A program made the position numbers and the translations under genes. From positions 1-64,000 of the forward strand of contig CBFGKH010000010.1 in the NCBI GenBank assembly GCA_965649295.1: a stretch of 64,000 bases of DNA, in the 5' to 3' direction. Each line of letters opens with the position of its first letter. Within the stretch, counting starts at the first letter, position 1. This document shows, piece by piece, positions 1 through 8,808 of the stretch. This DNA is from a candidate division WOR-3 bacterium. GTDB lineage: Bacteria > Hydrothermota > Tepidihabitantia > Tepidihabitantales > Tepidihabitantaceae. A model generated the notes under the pieces. That model made no database searches. It had not been told where the DNA came from and saw only the letters and a list, made by a program, of their open reading frames with translations.

Positions 1-294
1 AGCACTTTTCGTTCTTCCTGGCTAAGCTGCCTGGCTGGCTGAGTGATGAACCCTCTGATGCCGAAAGGCGTTGAGCACACTGGGTAGCGGCCCCCCATTT
101 TCCCTTTCCCTGTTGTGATGAACCCTCTGATGCCGAAAGGCGTTGAGCACGGCCGTCGGCCGCCATCTGCTCGGCGCGCCGCTCGTGATGAACCCTCTGA
201 TGCCGAAAGGCGTTGAGCACTCAAGACTGCCTTGCGGAAGGCATCCTGTCCACCTTCCGTGATGAACCCTCTGGTGCCGAAAGGCGTTGAGCAC
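1..294 (+). CRISPR. CRISPR array, partial (continues past the left edge); 36-bp repeat GTGATGAACCCTCTGATGCCGAAAGGCGTTGAGCAC
   Basis: Partial repeat at 1-5. Full repeats at 43-78, 115-150, 185-220 and 259-294; the last has A>G at 274. Spacers are 37, 36, 34 and 38 bp. GATGCC-GAAA-GGCGTT hairpin and TTGAGCAC 3' end resemble type I-B/MYXAN-like repeats. Confidence 0.97.
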
Positions 295-416
295 AGACTA
301 ACTACCTTACTACAGTGCGGCTCCATCTCCCCATCCTAGGTTATACGCGCCGGCTGCTAGTCTTGAGCAAGAGAAATAAGACCGCCAGTATTGTGTCATA
401 GCATGGAGCATATCGC

Positions 417-775
417 CCTAACTCGCTGTAGCAATGTATCTTGTGATTTGCACTTCGACTTTCCGTCTATCCCACCCTACTGTCCCGGGGATGGTTCCCC
501 AACCTGCTCCTAGGGCCCTCTGGAGCTGCCTTGCTGCGCCTGCTTGGACGGCTGTTGCCGGAGCTCTTGCCAAGTAGGTTCTCGATTCTGCTGGCCCTGT
601 TCTCTATTGCCGAGTCTTGGACTGAGCGAGGTTCGCTCTTTGGACCGACGCGTCCGAACTGGCCTTCTAACATGCCTTCCTCCCGGTCTTACAGTGAGCC
701 ATCCGAGATGTTCTCGCCTAGGTTCGTGCAAGAGTCTTGGCCATTCTTGGCACTGGTGAAGGGTGCTGCCGATTC
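417..775 (+). repeat. Diverged intergenic repeat element, copy 1 (homologous to 18670-19065 on the minus strand)
   Basis: Collinear shared blocks: TCGA(C/A)TTTCCGTC, CCCTAC..CTGTCCC(G/C)GG..TGGTTC, GCTTG...GGC.GTTGC, TAG..TCTCG, CTAGGTT..GCAAGAGT..GGC. Confidence 0.55.
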
Positions 776-810
776 TCCCCCTATTTGGCCGGCGCGGCAC
801 CATCGCTTTC

Positions 811-842
811 GTCATTCCGAGGAGCGCCAGCGACGAGGAATC
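811..842. repeat. Short REP-like palindromic unit GTCATTCCGAGGAGCGCCAGCGACGAGGAATC
   Basis: Imperfect ATTCC..GGAAT palindrome; resembles GTCATTCCGAG-type intergenic repeats (recalled, not searched). Single copy in the window. Confidence 0.45.
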
Positions 843-879
843 GCCGGTGAGCGTGGCCGACCAGCATCCCTGCGTTGCC

Positions 880-907
880 TTGACAGCCGAAAGGCAGGGA
901 CTACAAT
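880..907 (+). promoter_or_regulatory. Sigma70-type promoter of the rnf operon
   Basis: TTGACA-N16-TACAAT, 12 nt before the ATG at 920. Confidence 0.75.
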
Positions 908-919
908 CACGGCCGTTCA

Positions 920-2227
920 ATGTTCAATTTCCGCGGCGGTGTGCATCCGCCTGAGTATAAGAGCTCGACCGAGCACAAGCCGGTCGAGACTCTTCCTTTG
1001 CCGTCGCGCGTGACTATCCCCCTTGTCCAGCACATTGGCGCTCCGTCCCGAGCGGTGGTGAAGAAGGGCGACAGTGTGCGAACTGGAACTGTAATTGGCG
1101 AGCCCGGCGGCCGGGTATCAGTACCCACTCATGCCTCGATTTCGGGCACGGTTGCCGAGGTGAGCGACCTGCCTCACCCGCTGACCGGCAAACGGGTCCC
1201 AACAGTGGTGATTGATTCGGATGGCGCTGATACATTAGAGGAAGGTATCGGCGAGCGCGACTATTCTGGATTCACGCCAGAGCAGATTGTTGAGGCGATT
1301 GCCGCGGCTGGGATTGTCGGGATGGGCGGGGCTGCCTTTCCCACCCATATCAAGCTGTCGCCGCCAAAAGAGAAGCCCATTGATACGTTGATTATCAATG
1401 GCTGTGAGTGTGAGCCGTTTCTGACCAGCGACCACCGGCTGATGCTCGAATCGGCCGACGAGATCGTCGAGGGCACCTCCTTGATGGCCCGAGCCTTGGG
1501 CGTGAACCGGGTCATCATTGCCATCGAGGACAACAAACCCGATGCTATTGCCCGAATGACCGAGGCAGCCACGCCTATGGGATTCACTGTTCGCAAGCTG
1601 CGCACCAAGTATCCGCAGGGCGCTGAGAAACAGCTTATCAAGGCCTGCCTGCGGCGCGAGGTCCCTTCTGGCCGACTGCCGCTTGATGTCGGCTGCGTCG
1701 TGCAGAATGTCGGCACTGCCTTTGCCGTGCGCGATGCTGTCCGTTTCAACCGGCCGCTGTATGAGCGGGTGACAACCGTCACTGGCCCCGGGGTGAAGGA
1801 GCCAAAGAACCTGCGTGTCCGCATCGGCACGCCGACCCGCGTTCTGATTGACTACTGTGGTGGCTATGTCGGTAACCCGGGCAAGCTGATTATGGGCGGC
1901 CCAATGATGGGCGTCACGGTTGATTCTGACTCGGCACCGGTGCTGAAGGGAACGTCTGGCATCCTCGTCCTCGACATCAAGGACACGATTTTTGTCGAGC
2001 ACGACTGCATCCGCTGTGGCGCTTGCATTCGCGCCTGTCCGATGGGACTTGCACCCCAGCGTCTGAACAGTCTGATTCGGCGCGGCCGGCTGGAAGAAGC
2101 CAAGCGTGAGCACGTCACCGACTGCATCGAGTGTGGCTGTTGCGCCTACATCTGTCCGGCCCGCATCCGGCTCGTCCACAACTTCCGCTACGCTAAGGCC
2201 GAATTGGCCGCTCTCGGGAGTAAGTAG
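920..2227 (+). CDS. rnfC: Rnf electron transport complex subunit C
   Basis: FRGGVHP start, GIVGMGGAAFPTH, NGCECEP, YPQGAEKQLI, two C-terminal CxxCxxCxxxCP motifs. Confidence 0.97.
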   Translation: MFNFRGGVHPPEYKSSTEHKPVETLPLPSRVTIPLVQHIGAPSRAVVKKGDSVRTGTVIGEPGGRVSVPTHASISGTVAEVSDLPHPLTGKRVPTVVIDSDGADTLEEGIGERDYSGFTPEQIVEAIAAAGIVGMGGAAFPTHIKLSPPKEKPIDTLIINGCECEPFLTSDHRLMLESADEIVEGTSLMARALGVNRVIIAIEDNKPDAIARMTEAATPMGFTVRKLRTKYPQGAEKQLIKACLRREVPSGRLPLDVGCVVQNVGTAFAVRDAVRFNRPLYERVTTVTGPGVKEPKNLRVRIGTPTRVLIDYCGGYVGNPGKLIMGGPMMGVTVDSDSAPVLKGTSGILVLDIKDTIFVEHDCIRCGACIRACPMGLAPQRLNSLIRRGRLEEAKREHVTDCIECGCCAYICPARIRLVHNFRYAKAELAALGSK

Positions 2228-3283
2228 ATGGCAGCAACTGCACCCGCCACGAACACCGGACTGCCGCCTGACCACCGCTTCATTGTTGCCGCCTCGCCGC
2301 ACCTGCGCGGCCCAGCCACCGTCTCCCGAATCATGTGGCTCGTGGTCATTTGCCTGCTGCCTGCCTTGGGTGGTTCGGTCTGGTTCTTTGGCCCGCGCAC
2401 CCTGCTCGTTGCTGGCCTGGCGGTCGCTTCCACTGTGCTCTTTGATTCGCTTGCCCAACTCGCTTTTGGCCGCAAGCCGGCTCCGCTCGACGGCAGTGCC
2501 GCAGTCACCGGCCTGCTTTTGGCCTACAACCTACCGCCGGGTGTGCCTTGGTGGCTGCCGGTTGTCGGCGGCGCTTTTGCCGCAATTGTGGTCAAGCAGT
2601 TCTTTGGCGGACTCGGCCACAACTTTGTCAATCCGGCGTTGGCTGCCCGGGCCTTCCTGCTTGTTTCCTGGCCCACTCACATGACAACGATGTGGCTGGC
2701 TCCGCGCGGCGGCTCGCTGTCGGGAATTGATGCGATTGCCTCGGCCACGCCCTTGGCCTTGGTACGTCGCGCCGGCGAGCTGGCCCCAGCCGGAATGCCG
2801 GTCAGTGATGTCGTGGCCGCGGCCAACTCGTTTGCCACCCTAAAGCGCCTCTTTTTTGGCAACATCGGCGGCTGTCTTGGCGAAACTTCAGCGCTACTTT
2901 TGCTCATTGGCGCAGCAGTGCTGATTGTGATGCGGGTTGTTGACTGGCGCATCCCGCTCGCCTATCTCGGCACCATGGCAGTATTGGCACTGGTTTTGCC
3001 GGGCAACAACTTCTCACCGCTCTTTCACCTGCTCGCCGGCGGCGTGATTCTCGGCGCTTTCTTTATGGCTACCGACTATGTCACAGTTCCCATCACCAGT
3101 CAGGGCCGGATTATCTTTGGCATCGGCTGCGGCGTGATTACGATGCTCATTCGGCTTTACGGCGGCTATCCTGAAGGCTGCTCTTACTCAATTCTCCTGA
3201 TGAATATCGCGACCCCACTGATTGACCGCCTCACCCGGCCCCGGCTGTTCGGGCAGGTTCGCTCCCAGCGGAGTGCAGCATGA
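2228..3283 (+). CDS. rnfD: Rnf subunit D
   Basis: SPH, KQFFGGLGHNFVNPA, FMN-Thr motif SATPL, FFMATD, GGYPEG. Confidence 0.97.
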   Translation: MAATAPATNTGLPPDHRFIVAASPHLRGPATVSRIMWLVVICLLPALGGSVWFFGPRTLLVAGLAVASTVLFDSLAQLAFGRKPAPLDGSAAVTGLLLAYNLPPGVPWWLPVVGGAFAAIVVKQFFGGLGHNFVNPALAARAFLLVSWPTHMTTMWLAPRGGSLSGIDAIASATPLALVRRAGELAPAGMPVSDVVAAANSFATLKRLFFGNIGGCLGETSALLLLIGAAVLIVMRVVDWRIPLAYLGTMAVLALVLPGNNFSPLFHLLAGGVILGAFFMATDYVTVPITSQGRIIFGIGCGVITMLIRLYGGYPEGCSYSILLMNIATPLIDRLTRPRLFGQVRSQRSAA

Positions 3284-3816
3284 ACCAAAGCCGCGTCTGG
3301 ATGGTGCTCTCGCTCGTGCTCGTCTGCGTGCTGGCAGCATTTGCCTTGGCCCAGGTCTATCGGGTCACCAAGCCCCGCATCGAGCAGCAAGCTGCTATTG
3401 ACCTCGAAGCATCGCTCCGTTCGGTCCTGCCTGCGGCGGCAACTTTTGTCCAGGTCGAAACCGGCACGGTCTGGCTTGGCCGGGCAGACGATAGCACCCT
3501 TGTCGGCATCGTCTTCAAGGTTGCGCCCCGCGGCTATGGCGGCCCAGTGCCAGTCGTGGTCGGGCTTGATACTGCCGGACTGGTCACCGCCATCAGCGTC
3601 GGCGCTGGCGGTATGAAGGAGACTCCCGGCTTAGGCATGAAGGCACAGGAAGAGTGGTTTCGTCGCCAATTTATCGGCAAGGGCAGCGCCGAGGTGCGCC
3701 TCCGGCGCGATGGCGGCACTGTTGACGCCATCTCGGCTGCCACCATCACTTCCCGGGCTGTGGCCGACGGCATCAGCCACGGCATCGAACAGTATCGCCA
3801 CTATCTCGAACAATGA
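3280..3816 (+). CDS. rnfG: Rnf subunit G
   Basis: N-terminal TM helix, GYGG, ETPGLG, DAISAATITS FMN motif. Confidence 0.95.
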   Translation: MNQSRVWMVLSLVLVCVLAAFALAQVYRVTKPRIEQQAAIDLEASLRSVLPAAATFVQVETGTVWLGRADDSTLVGIVFKVAPRGYGGPVPVVVGLDTAGLVTAISVGAGGMKETPGLGMKAQEEWFRRQFIGKGSAEVRLRRDGGTVDAISAATITSRAVADGISHGIEQYRHYLEQ

Positions 3817-4433
3817 AGAAGGATCAATCTCGCCTAGACTATTTCCTCTCCGGTATTCTCAAGGAGAACCCGATTCTTGTACTGATGATTGGCCTCTGCC
3901 CCACCCTGGCAACAACTGTGACTGCCCGCGATGCCCTGGGAATGGCAGCAGCCGCGTCGTTTGTCCTCATCTGCTCGAACATTGTCGTCTCCTTGATTCG
4001 CAAGCTGGTGCCGAGCTCGGTGCGGATACCGATATTCATCATCGTCATCTCGACCTTTGTGACGATTATTGATTACGTGCTGCAGGCCTATCAGCCGGCC
4101 CTCTATCGGGTGCTGGGGGTGTTTGTGCCGCTGATTGTGGTCAACTGTATCATCCTCGGCCGGGCCGAGGCATTTGCCTATGGCCACGGTGTCTTCGACT
4201 CGCTGCTCGACGCCCTTGGCAAGTCACTGGGCATGGCAATTGTATTTTTCATCATGGGTGCCCTGCGCGAACTCTTCGCTGCCGGCACCATCTTTGGCCG
4301 GGCTGTCACGCCTGATTTCTACCGCGCCTCGCCGCTCCTCTTTATGGTCTTTCCGCCGGGTGCGTTCTTTCTCATCGGCGTGCTCAAGGCCCTGCTCAAC
4401 CGGCTGACCACTCGCAGCCGGGGAGCGAGCTGA
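3813..4433 (+). CDS. rnfE: Rnf subunit E
   Basis: ENP..GLCP, VRIPIFI, PLIVVNCIILGRAEAFA, PPGAF. Confidence 0.97.
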   Translation: MKKDQSRLDYFLSGILKENPILVLMIGLCPTLATTVTARDALGMAAAASFVLICSNIVVSLIRKLVPSSVRIPIFIIVISTFVTIIDYVLQAYQPALYRVLGVFVPLIVVNCIILGRAEAFAYGHGVFDSLLDALGKSLGMAIVFFIMGALRELFAAGTIFGRAVTPDFYRASPLLFMVFPPGAFFLIGVLKALLNRLTTRSRGAS

Positions 4434-5017
4434 TGAACGCCGGCAAGATTTTCTTTGGTGCCTTTCTCGTCAACAACATTCTGCTGATGCGCTTCATCGG
4501 CCTCTGTCCGTTCTTTGGTGTCTCCAATGCGGTCTCGACATCGGTCGGGATGAGCGCAGCGGTCTTCTTTGTGATGCTGCTTGCGGCCTGGGTCTCCTGG
4601 CTGCTCTATCACCTCTTCTTGCTGCCGTTTGGGCTCGTCTTTCTGCGCACCGCTGTCTTTATCCTGGTGATTGCCGGCCTTGTTCAGTTTGTCGAGATGG
4701 TGCTCAAGAAGCACGTTCGCGCCCTCTATTCTTCGCTTGGCATCTATCTGCCCCTGATTACCACCAACTGCGCCATCCTTGGTGTCACTTTCCTGAACAT
4801 TGACTACCGCTTCAACCTGCTCCAGGCAACGATTTTTGCTGCCGGTACTGCGCTCGGGTTTGCGCTGGCAATTGTCCTCTTTGCTGCCATCCGCGAGCGG
4901 CTTGAGGACGCGCCCATCTCCCCGAGCTTCCGTGGCTACCCGATTGCCTTCGTTGCTGCGTCGCTGCTCTCCCTCGCCTTCCTCGGTTTCACCTCGCTCT
5001 TTGGCATCTCAATGTAG
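4433..5017 (+). CDS. rnfA: Rnf subunit A
   Basis: NNILL..FIGLCPF, LGIYLPLITTNCAILG, IRERL. Confidence 0.97.
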   Translation: MNAGKIFFGAFLVNNILLMRFIGLCPFFGVSNAVSTSVGMSAAVFFVMLLAAWVSWLLYHLFLLPFGLVFLRTAVFILVIAGLVQFVEMVLKKHVRALYSSLGIYLPLITTNCAILGVTFLNIDYRFNLLQATIFAAGTALGFALAIVLFAAIRERLEDAPISPSFRGYPIAFVAASLLSLAFLGFTSLFGISM

Positions 5018-5026
5018 CTGGGTGCA

Positions 5027-6037
5027 ATGGACTGGGCACTGATTCTCAAAGCGGTTCTTGGCCTGGGCGGCATCGGTCTCTTGATTGGCATTATTCTTGT
5101 CATCGCCTCGGTCAAACTGGCAGTCAAGGTAGATGAGCGCGAGGCAGCGGTTCGCGCCGTTCTGCCGGGTGCTAATTGCGGTGCTTGCGGCTATCCTGGC
5201 TGCGACGGCTATGCGGCCGCGGTTGCTGCTGGTGCCGCACCGGTCAATGCCTGCTCAGTCGGCGGCCCCAATGTCGCTCGCGCTATCGGCGAGATTATGG
5301 GCCAGAATGCTGGCGCGATTGAGCCCAAGGTGGCAGTTCTTATCTGCCGCGGCGGCCGTAAGGATGCGCCGCATCGGTTCCAATATAAAGGAGCGCAGGA
5401 CTGCCGGGTTGCTGCCCTGCTGCTTGGCGGGCCCAAGGCTTGCGCCTATGGCTGTGTCGGCCTCGGCCATTGCGTCCGAGTCTGCCCAGTACGAGCCATC
5501 ACCATGGGCGCTGACGGACTGCCCGACATTGACGAGAAGAAGTGCGTCGGCTGCGGCAAGTGCGTCAAAGAATGTCCGAAACAGACGCTGGTTCTCATCC
5601 CGCGAACCAAGCTCGTCTATCTGGCCTGTGCGTCCCACGACCGGGGACGGGCGGTCAAGGACGTCTGTCGCGTTGGCTGCATCGGCTGCGGTCTTTGCGT
5701 GAAGGCCTGTCCGGAAGGTGCCCTGACCCTGGTCAACAATCTGCCGGTCATGGACTTTGCCAAGTGCACCGACTGCGGCATCTGCGTCGGTCGCTGTCCG
5801 ACCAAGTCGTTTGTTGACCGGGCTCCTGGCCGGCCCAAGGCAGTTATCAATCCCAAGTGCACCGGCTGCCAGGCCTGTGTGCCGGTCTGCCAGTTCAAGG
5901 CCATTCAGGGCGAGGCTGGCGAACAGCACCGGGTGATTGCCGAGCGCTGCATTGGTTGCGGTGCCTGCACCAAGGTCTGCCCCGAACGGGCCATTGACCT
6001 GGTTGGCGCACTCGGCCACTCAGTTCGGGCGGTCTAG
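5027..6037 (+). CDS. rnfB: Rnf subunit B, polyferredoxin form
   Basis: N-terminal TM helix, LPGANCGACGYPGC, multiple CxxCxxCxxxC motifs. Confidence 0.95.
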   Translation: MDWALILKAVLGLGGIGLLIGIILVIASVKLAVKVDEREAAVRAVLPGANCGACGYPGCDGYAAAVAAGAAPVNACSVGGPNVARAIGEIMGQNAGAIEPKVAVLICRGGRKDAPHRFQYKGAQDCRVAALLLGGPKACAYGCVGLGHCVRVCPVRAITMGADGLPDIDEKKCVGCGKCVKECPKQTLVLIPRTKLVYLACASHDRGRAVKDVCRVGCIGCGLCVKACPEGALTLVNNLPVMDFAKCTDCGICVGRCPTKSFVDRAPGRPKAVINPKCTGCQACVPVCQFKAIQGEAGEQHRVIAERCIGCGACTKVCPERAIDLVGALGHSVRAV

Positions 6038-6055
6038 CACCACCCATTCCAACCC

Positions 6056-6237
6056 TTGACAACCGGTCAAACCCGGCTAGGATTGTTCTGCCAGATAGCA
6101 AGGGGTCAGCATCTGGCAGTTCCAAACCGTTGACCCCGCAACAACCCGCTTGAGGCACCTGCGGAGCTTGCGCTGAATTCGCAGCCTGGTCCCGTTGAGC
6201 ATTTCAAGCAAAGTGTCCGTTGACCGGAGGTAAGAGG
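6056..6237 (+). promoter_or_regulatory. Promoter and structured ~150-nt 5' leader of the RRM gene
   Basis: TTGACA(6056)-N16-TAGGAT(6078); 6088-6096 pairs with 6111-6119 and 6102-6110 pairs with 6129-6137. Confidence 0.65.
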
Positions 6238-6594
6238 ATGGCAAAGCGCATCTTCGTGGGCAACCTGCCCTTTAGCGCTACCGAGGACCAGCTGCGGCAG
6301 CTCTTCAGCCAGCACGGCGAAGTCAGTTCCGCCAGCATCGTGACCGATAAGTTTACTAACCGCTCCCGTGGTTTTGCATTCGTCGAAATGCAGGACGACG
6401 CAGCAGCCGGCGCCGCCATTACGGCGCTGAATCAGTATCAGCTCGACGGCCGGGCCCTGACCGTGAATGAGGCCCGCGAGCGTCGTGAAGGCGGTGGCGT
6501 TGGTGGCCATCGCGGTGGCTACGGCAATCGCGGCGGAATGCGTCGCGGCGGCCGCGACGACCGCAAGCCCAACTACGACCGACCGCGCTGGTAA
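6238..6594 (+). CDS. RRM-domain RNA-binding protein with Gly/Arg-rich tail
   Basis: RNP2 IFVGNL, RNP1 RGFAFVEM, RGG-rich C-terminus; purine-rich SD-like sequence before ATG 6238. Confidence 0.95.
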   Translation: MAKRIFVGNLPFSATEDQLRQLFSQHGEVSSASIVTDKFTNRSRGFAFVEMQDDAAAGAAITALNQYQLDGRALTVNEARERREGGGVGGHRGGYGNRGGMRRGGRDDRKPNYDRPRW

Positions 6595-6615
6595 CCGACC
6601 AGTAGCGAAAAAGAC

Positions 6616-6701
6616 TGAGGGGCAGGCACCAGTGGTGCCTGCCCCTCACCCTTACGGCTCAATCGCAGGCGGGCAGCCAACTGGCTGCCCGCCGCTTTCT
6701 T
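6616..6701. terminator. Two intrinsic terminator hairpins between convergent genes
   Basis: Perfect IR 6616-6630/6634-6648 with a T-tract on the minus strand; IR 6668-6679/6682-6693 followed by GCTTTCTT on the plus strand. Confidence 0.85.
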
Positions 6702-6711
6702 ATAACCCGGG

Positions 6712-8742
6712 CTAGCGGCTAACCACGAAGGTTCGTCGCAATTCTAGGTCGCCAGCAGCCACGCGTACTACATAGCTACCATTAGCCAGGTCTTTAGGCA
6801 TTGCCAGCCGGAGATTGCCGGCTCCATAAACACCGTCAGCAAGAGCCGCAATCACACTACCCCTGATGTCATAGAGCACAATCGAAACCGGCCCGGCCAC
6901 GGGCAGCGCCAGAACGACTTCCTGCGGATTGACGCTCTTCAACTGCAGTGCTGACAGCGGCCGCGCCGCGCCTTCGGCAATCGCACCAGATGGGTCGCAG
7001 TAGAATACATAGTAGCTGTTTGGCGCATTTGCCGGGTCAGTAGCTGGGTTGCGGTTCTGCGAGTTGTCCCAGGCTTTCAGGTAGTAGCGCACCGACATCG
7101 GCGAGGTCACCCTTGGGATTGTGAAGGAGTAGGTATTGCCGCGGAACGAGTCGGCTGGCAGACTATCCCAGGGCAGGCTCCCAAACTTGAAGTAGATGCT
7201 GGCTGCGTAGATGCCGGAGACGTCGGTAATCTGCGAGCTGATGTAGAACGGCCCAGCAAAGGTCGTGTCGTAAAGCTCGGTTGTGCCGGCAAAGGTCGGC
7301 CCGGTTCCGTCAATTACGTTGAACGAGTAGTAGCCTGAGGATGGGTCGTAGGCGCTGTTGCGGTTGGGCGAGCCGTCAACTGCCCGAATCCGGTAGCGAA
7401 CGAAGGTGTTCAGACCAGCCTGCGGTATCCGGAAGTAATAGGTACTGCCCCGCACGCTGTCCGGAGCGACTGACTGTTCGGCACCAGTGTTGAACCGATA
7501 GAGCAGGCGCACAGTGTCCACCGAGCAGGAGTCAACCACAACGGTCGAGACGGGGAACGGCCCAGTATAGGTGGTGTCGCCATATTGAGTCGTCCCGCTG
7601 ATGACCGGTGGGAAATGGTCGTCAGCCGGGTCGCGGGCATAGAAGCTGTAGTAGGCAGTCGGCGCACCAACTGGATCAGTTCCCCGATTGCGATTGGTCG
7701 TGTTGTCGCTAGCCGCCAGATAGTAACGAACCGAGTCAGCCCCAGTCAGGGCCGGAAGGGTGTAGTAATAGACGCCGCTGCGCAACGAGTCGCGGCCAAC
7801 CGCTGCCCACGAGCCGGAACCAATCCGGAAATAGAGCGAGTCACGGATGACGCCACTCGGGTCGCTGATTCGCGAAGAGACAACGAACGGCCCCAGATTG
7901 TAGCCCGAGGGAATCTGTGTCGTCTGAGCAAAGGCTGGCGGCATGTTGTCGAATGTCGAATGGAACTCTTTCATTCGAAATACATGCTCGGCATCAGTGA
8001 ACTCCGGTGATGTTGCGCCATTCTGACTCTGAATCACACAGACCGAGCCGCCAACCGTGCCATGATCGGCAACAACCCATTCATGGACTATCCGGCGTTC
8101 GTTGATCAGTCCCATCTCATCGGTCGTTGTCGAATATGTCCTGATAACCAGGCAGGGATAATATCGCGTCGTATCGGCCTGAACCTTGACCCAGCCCTGG
8201 GCTACGACGTAGTTCTGCCGCTGCTCATAGACTTCATCCACTCCTAGGTAGTTCCAGCTCCAGTTGCAGCTCCAGGAATTGCCAAGCCGCATCGGAAATT
8301 GATAGACCTGCTGATAGGGCGGGTCGTAATTGATTTGGGTGCCCTGCGCATAAAAGCCGTATAGCCACATGTTCTGCACACTGCCGGTTGTGTCCATGTG
8401 CTCATAACCCCAAGAGGTCTGACCGCCCTGAATCTGTTTCTCAGCGAAGGTACAGAGCGAAGGCGGTGTGCCCTGGGCAGCCGAGCGGTCCATGATCCAC
8501 GATTCGGCGTTGCGGTTAACCTGGCTACCGCCAATATTGGTCATGTCCCAGATAGTGTCGTCAGGATTGAACGGCGGAACGGTCACATGACTGCCGTCCG
8601 GACTCATCCACCACTTCGAGTAGCTACCAATGTAGCGAACACCATAGGGCCATTGGTCCCAGGTGATTGTTACGTCCACCGCTCCGGCCAGACCGAAGAG
8701 GAGCGCTAGCGCGAGCAAGAGGGTAGTTGGCTTCATCTTCAT
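6712..8742 (-). CDS. Secreted hypothetical protein with three ~100-aa tandem repeats and a T9SS/FlgD-like C-terminal domain
   Basis: Signal peptide, SD GGAGG, repeated GPF.V/I...D.S....VRY...A.D..NRN...DP units, C-terminal GSYVVRV. Confidence 0.8.
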   Translation of the reverse strand: MKMKPTTLLLALALLFGLAGAVDVTITWDQWPYGVRYIGSYSKWWMSPDGSHVTVPPFNPDDTIWDMTNIGGSQVNRNAESWIMDRSAAQGTPPSLCTFAEKQIQGGQTSWGYEHMDTTGSVQNMWLYGFYAQGTQINYDPPYQQVYQFPMRLGNSWSCNWSWNYLGVDEVYEQRQNYVVAQGWVKVQADTTRYYPCLVIRTYSTTTDEMGLINERRIVHEWVVADHGTVGGSVCVIQSQNGATSPEFTDAEHVFRMKEFHSTFDNMPPAFAQTTQIPSGYNLGPFVVSSRISDPSGVIRDSLYFRIGSGSWAAVGRDSLRSGVYYYTLPALTGADSVRYYLAASDNTTNRNRGTDPVGAPTAYYSFYARDPADDHFPPVISGTTQYGDTTYTGPFPVSTVVVDSCSVDTVRLLYRFNTGAEQSVAPDSVRGSTYYFRIPQAGLNTFVRYRIRAVDGSPNRNSAYDPSSGYYSFNVIDGTGPTFAGTTELYDTTFAGPFYISSQITDVSGIYAASIYFKFGSLPWDSLPADSFRGNTYSFTIPRVTSPMSVRYYLKAWDNSQNRNPATDPANAPNSYYVFYCDPSGAIAEGAARPLSALQLKSVNPQEVVLALPVAGPVSIVLYDIRGSVIAALADGVYGAGNLRLAMPKDLANGSYVVRVAAGDLELRRTFVVSR

Positions 8743-8808
8743 TCCTCCGTGAGTTGAAAGACAGGCCGACAGATGATGCTAGCTTACGTCAGAAGCAAAG
8801 TCAATCGC

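Noticed and set aside
6..258. Self-targeting spacers
   Set aside because: No match noticed in the window by eye; this was not exhaustive and needs BLAST.
22..294. 90-aa ORF with repeated VLNAFRHQRVHH
   Set aside because: It is a translation of the CRISPR repeats.
886..895. GCCGAAAGGC identical to the CRISPR repeat hairpin core
   Set aside because: Only 10 nt, a common GNRA hairpin, with no flanking repeat similarity.
467..1013. Several 63-160 aa ORFs between the CRISPR array and rnfC
   Set aside because: No motifs or SD; they overlap the repeat element and the rnfC promoter.
1235..2458. 407-aa antisense ORF, and similar shadow ORFs throughout
   Set aside because: Antisense shadows of real genes, expected with GC-rich codon bias.
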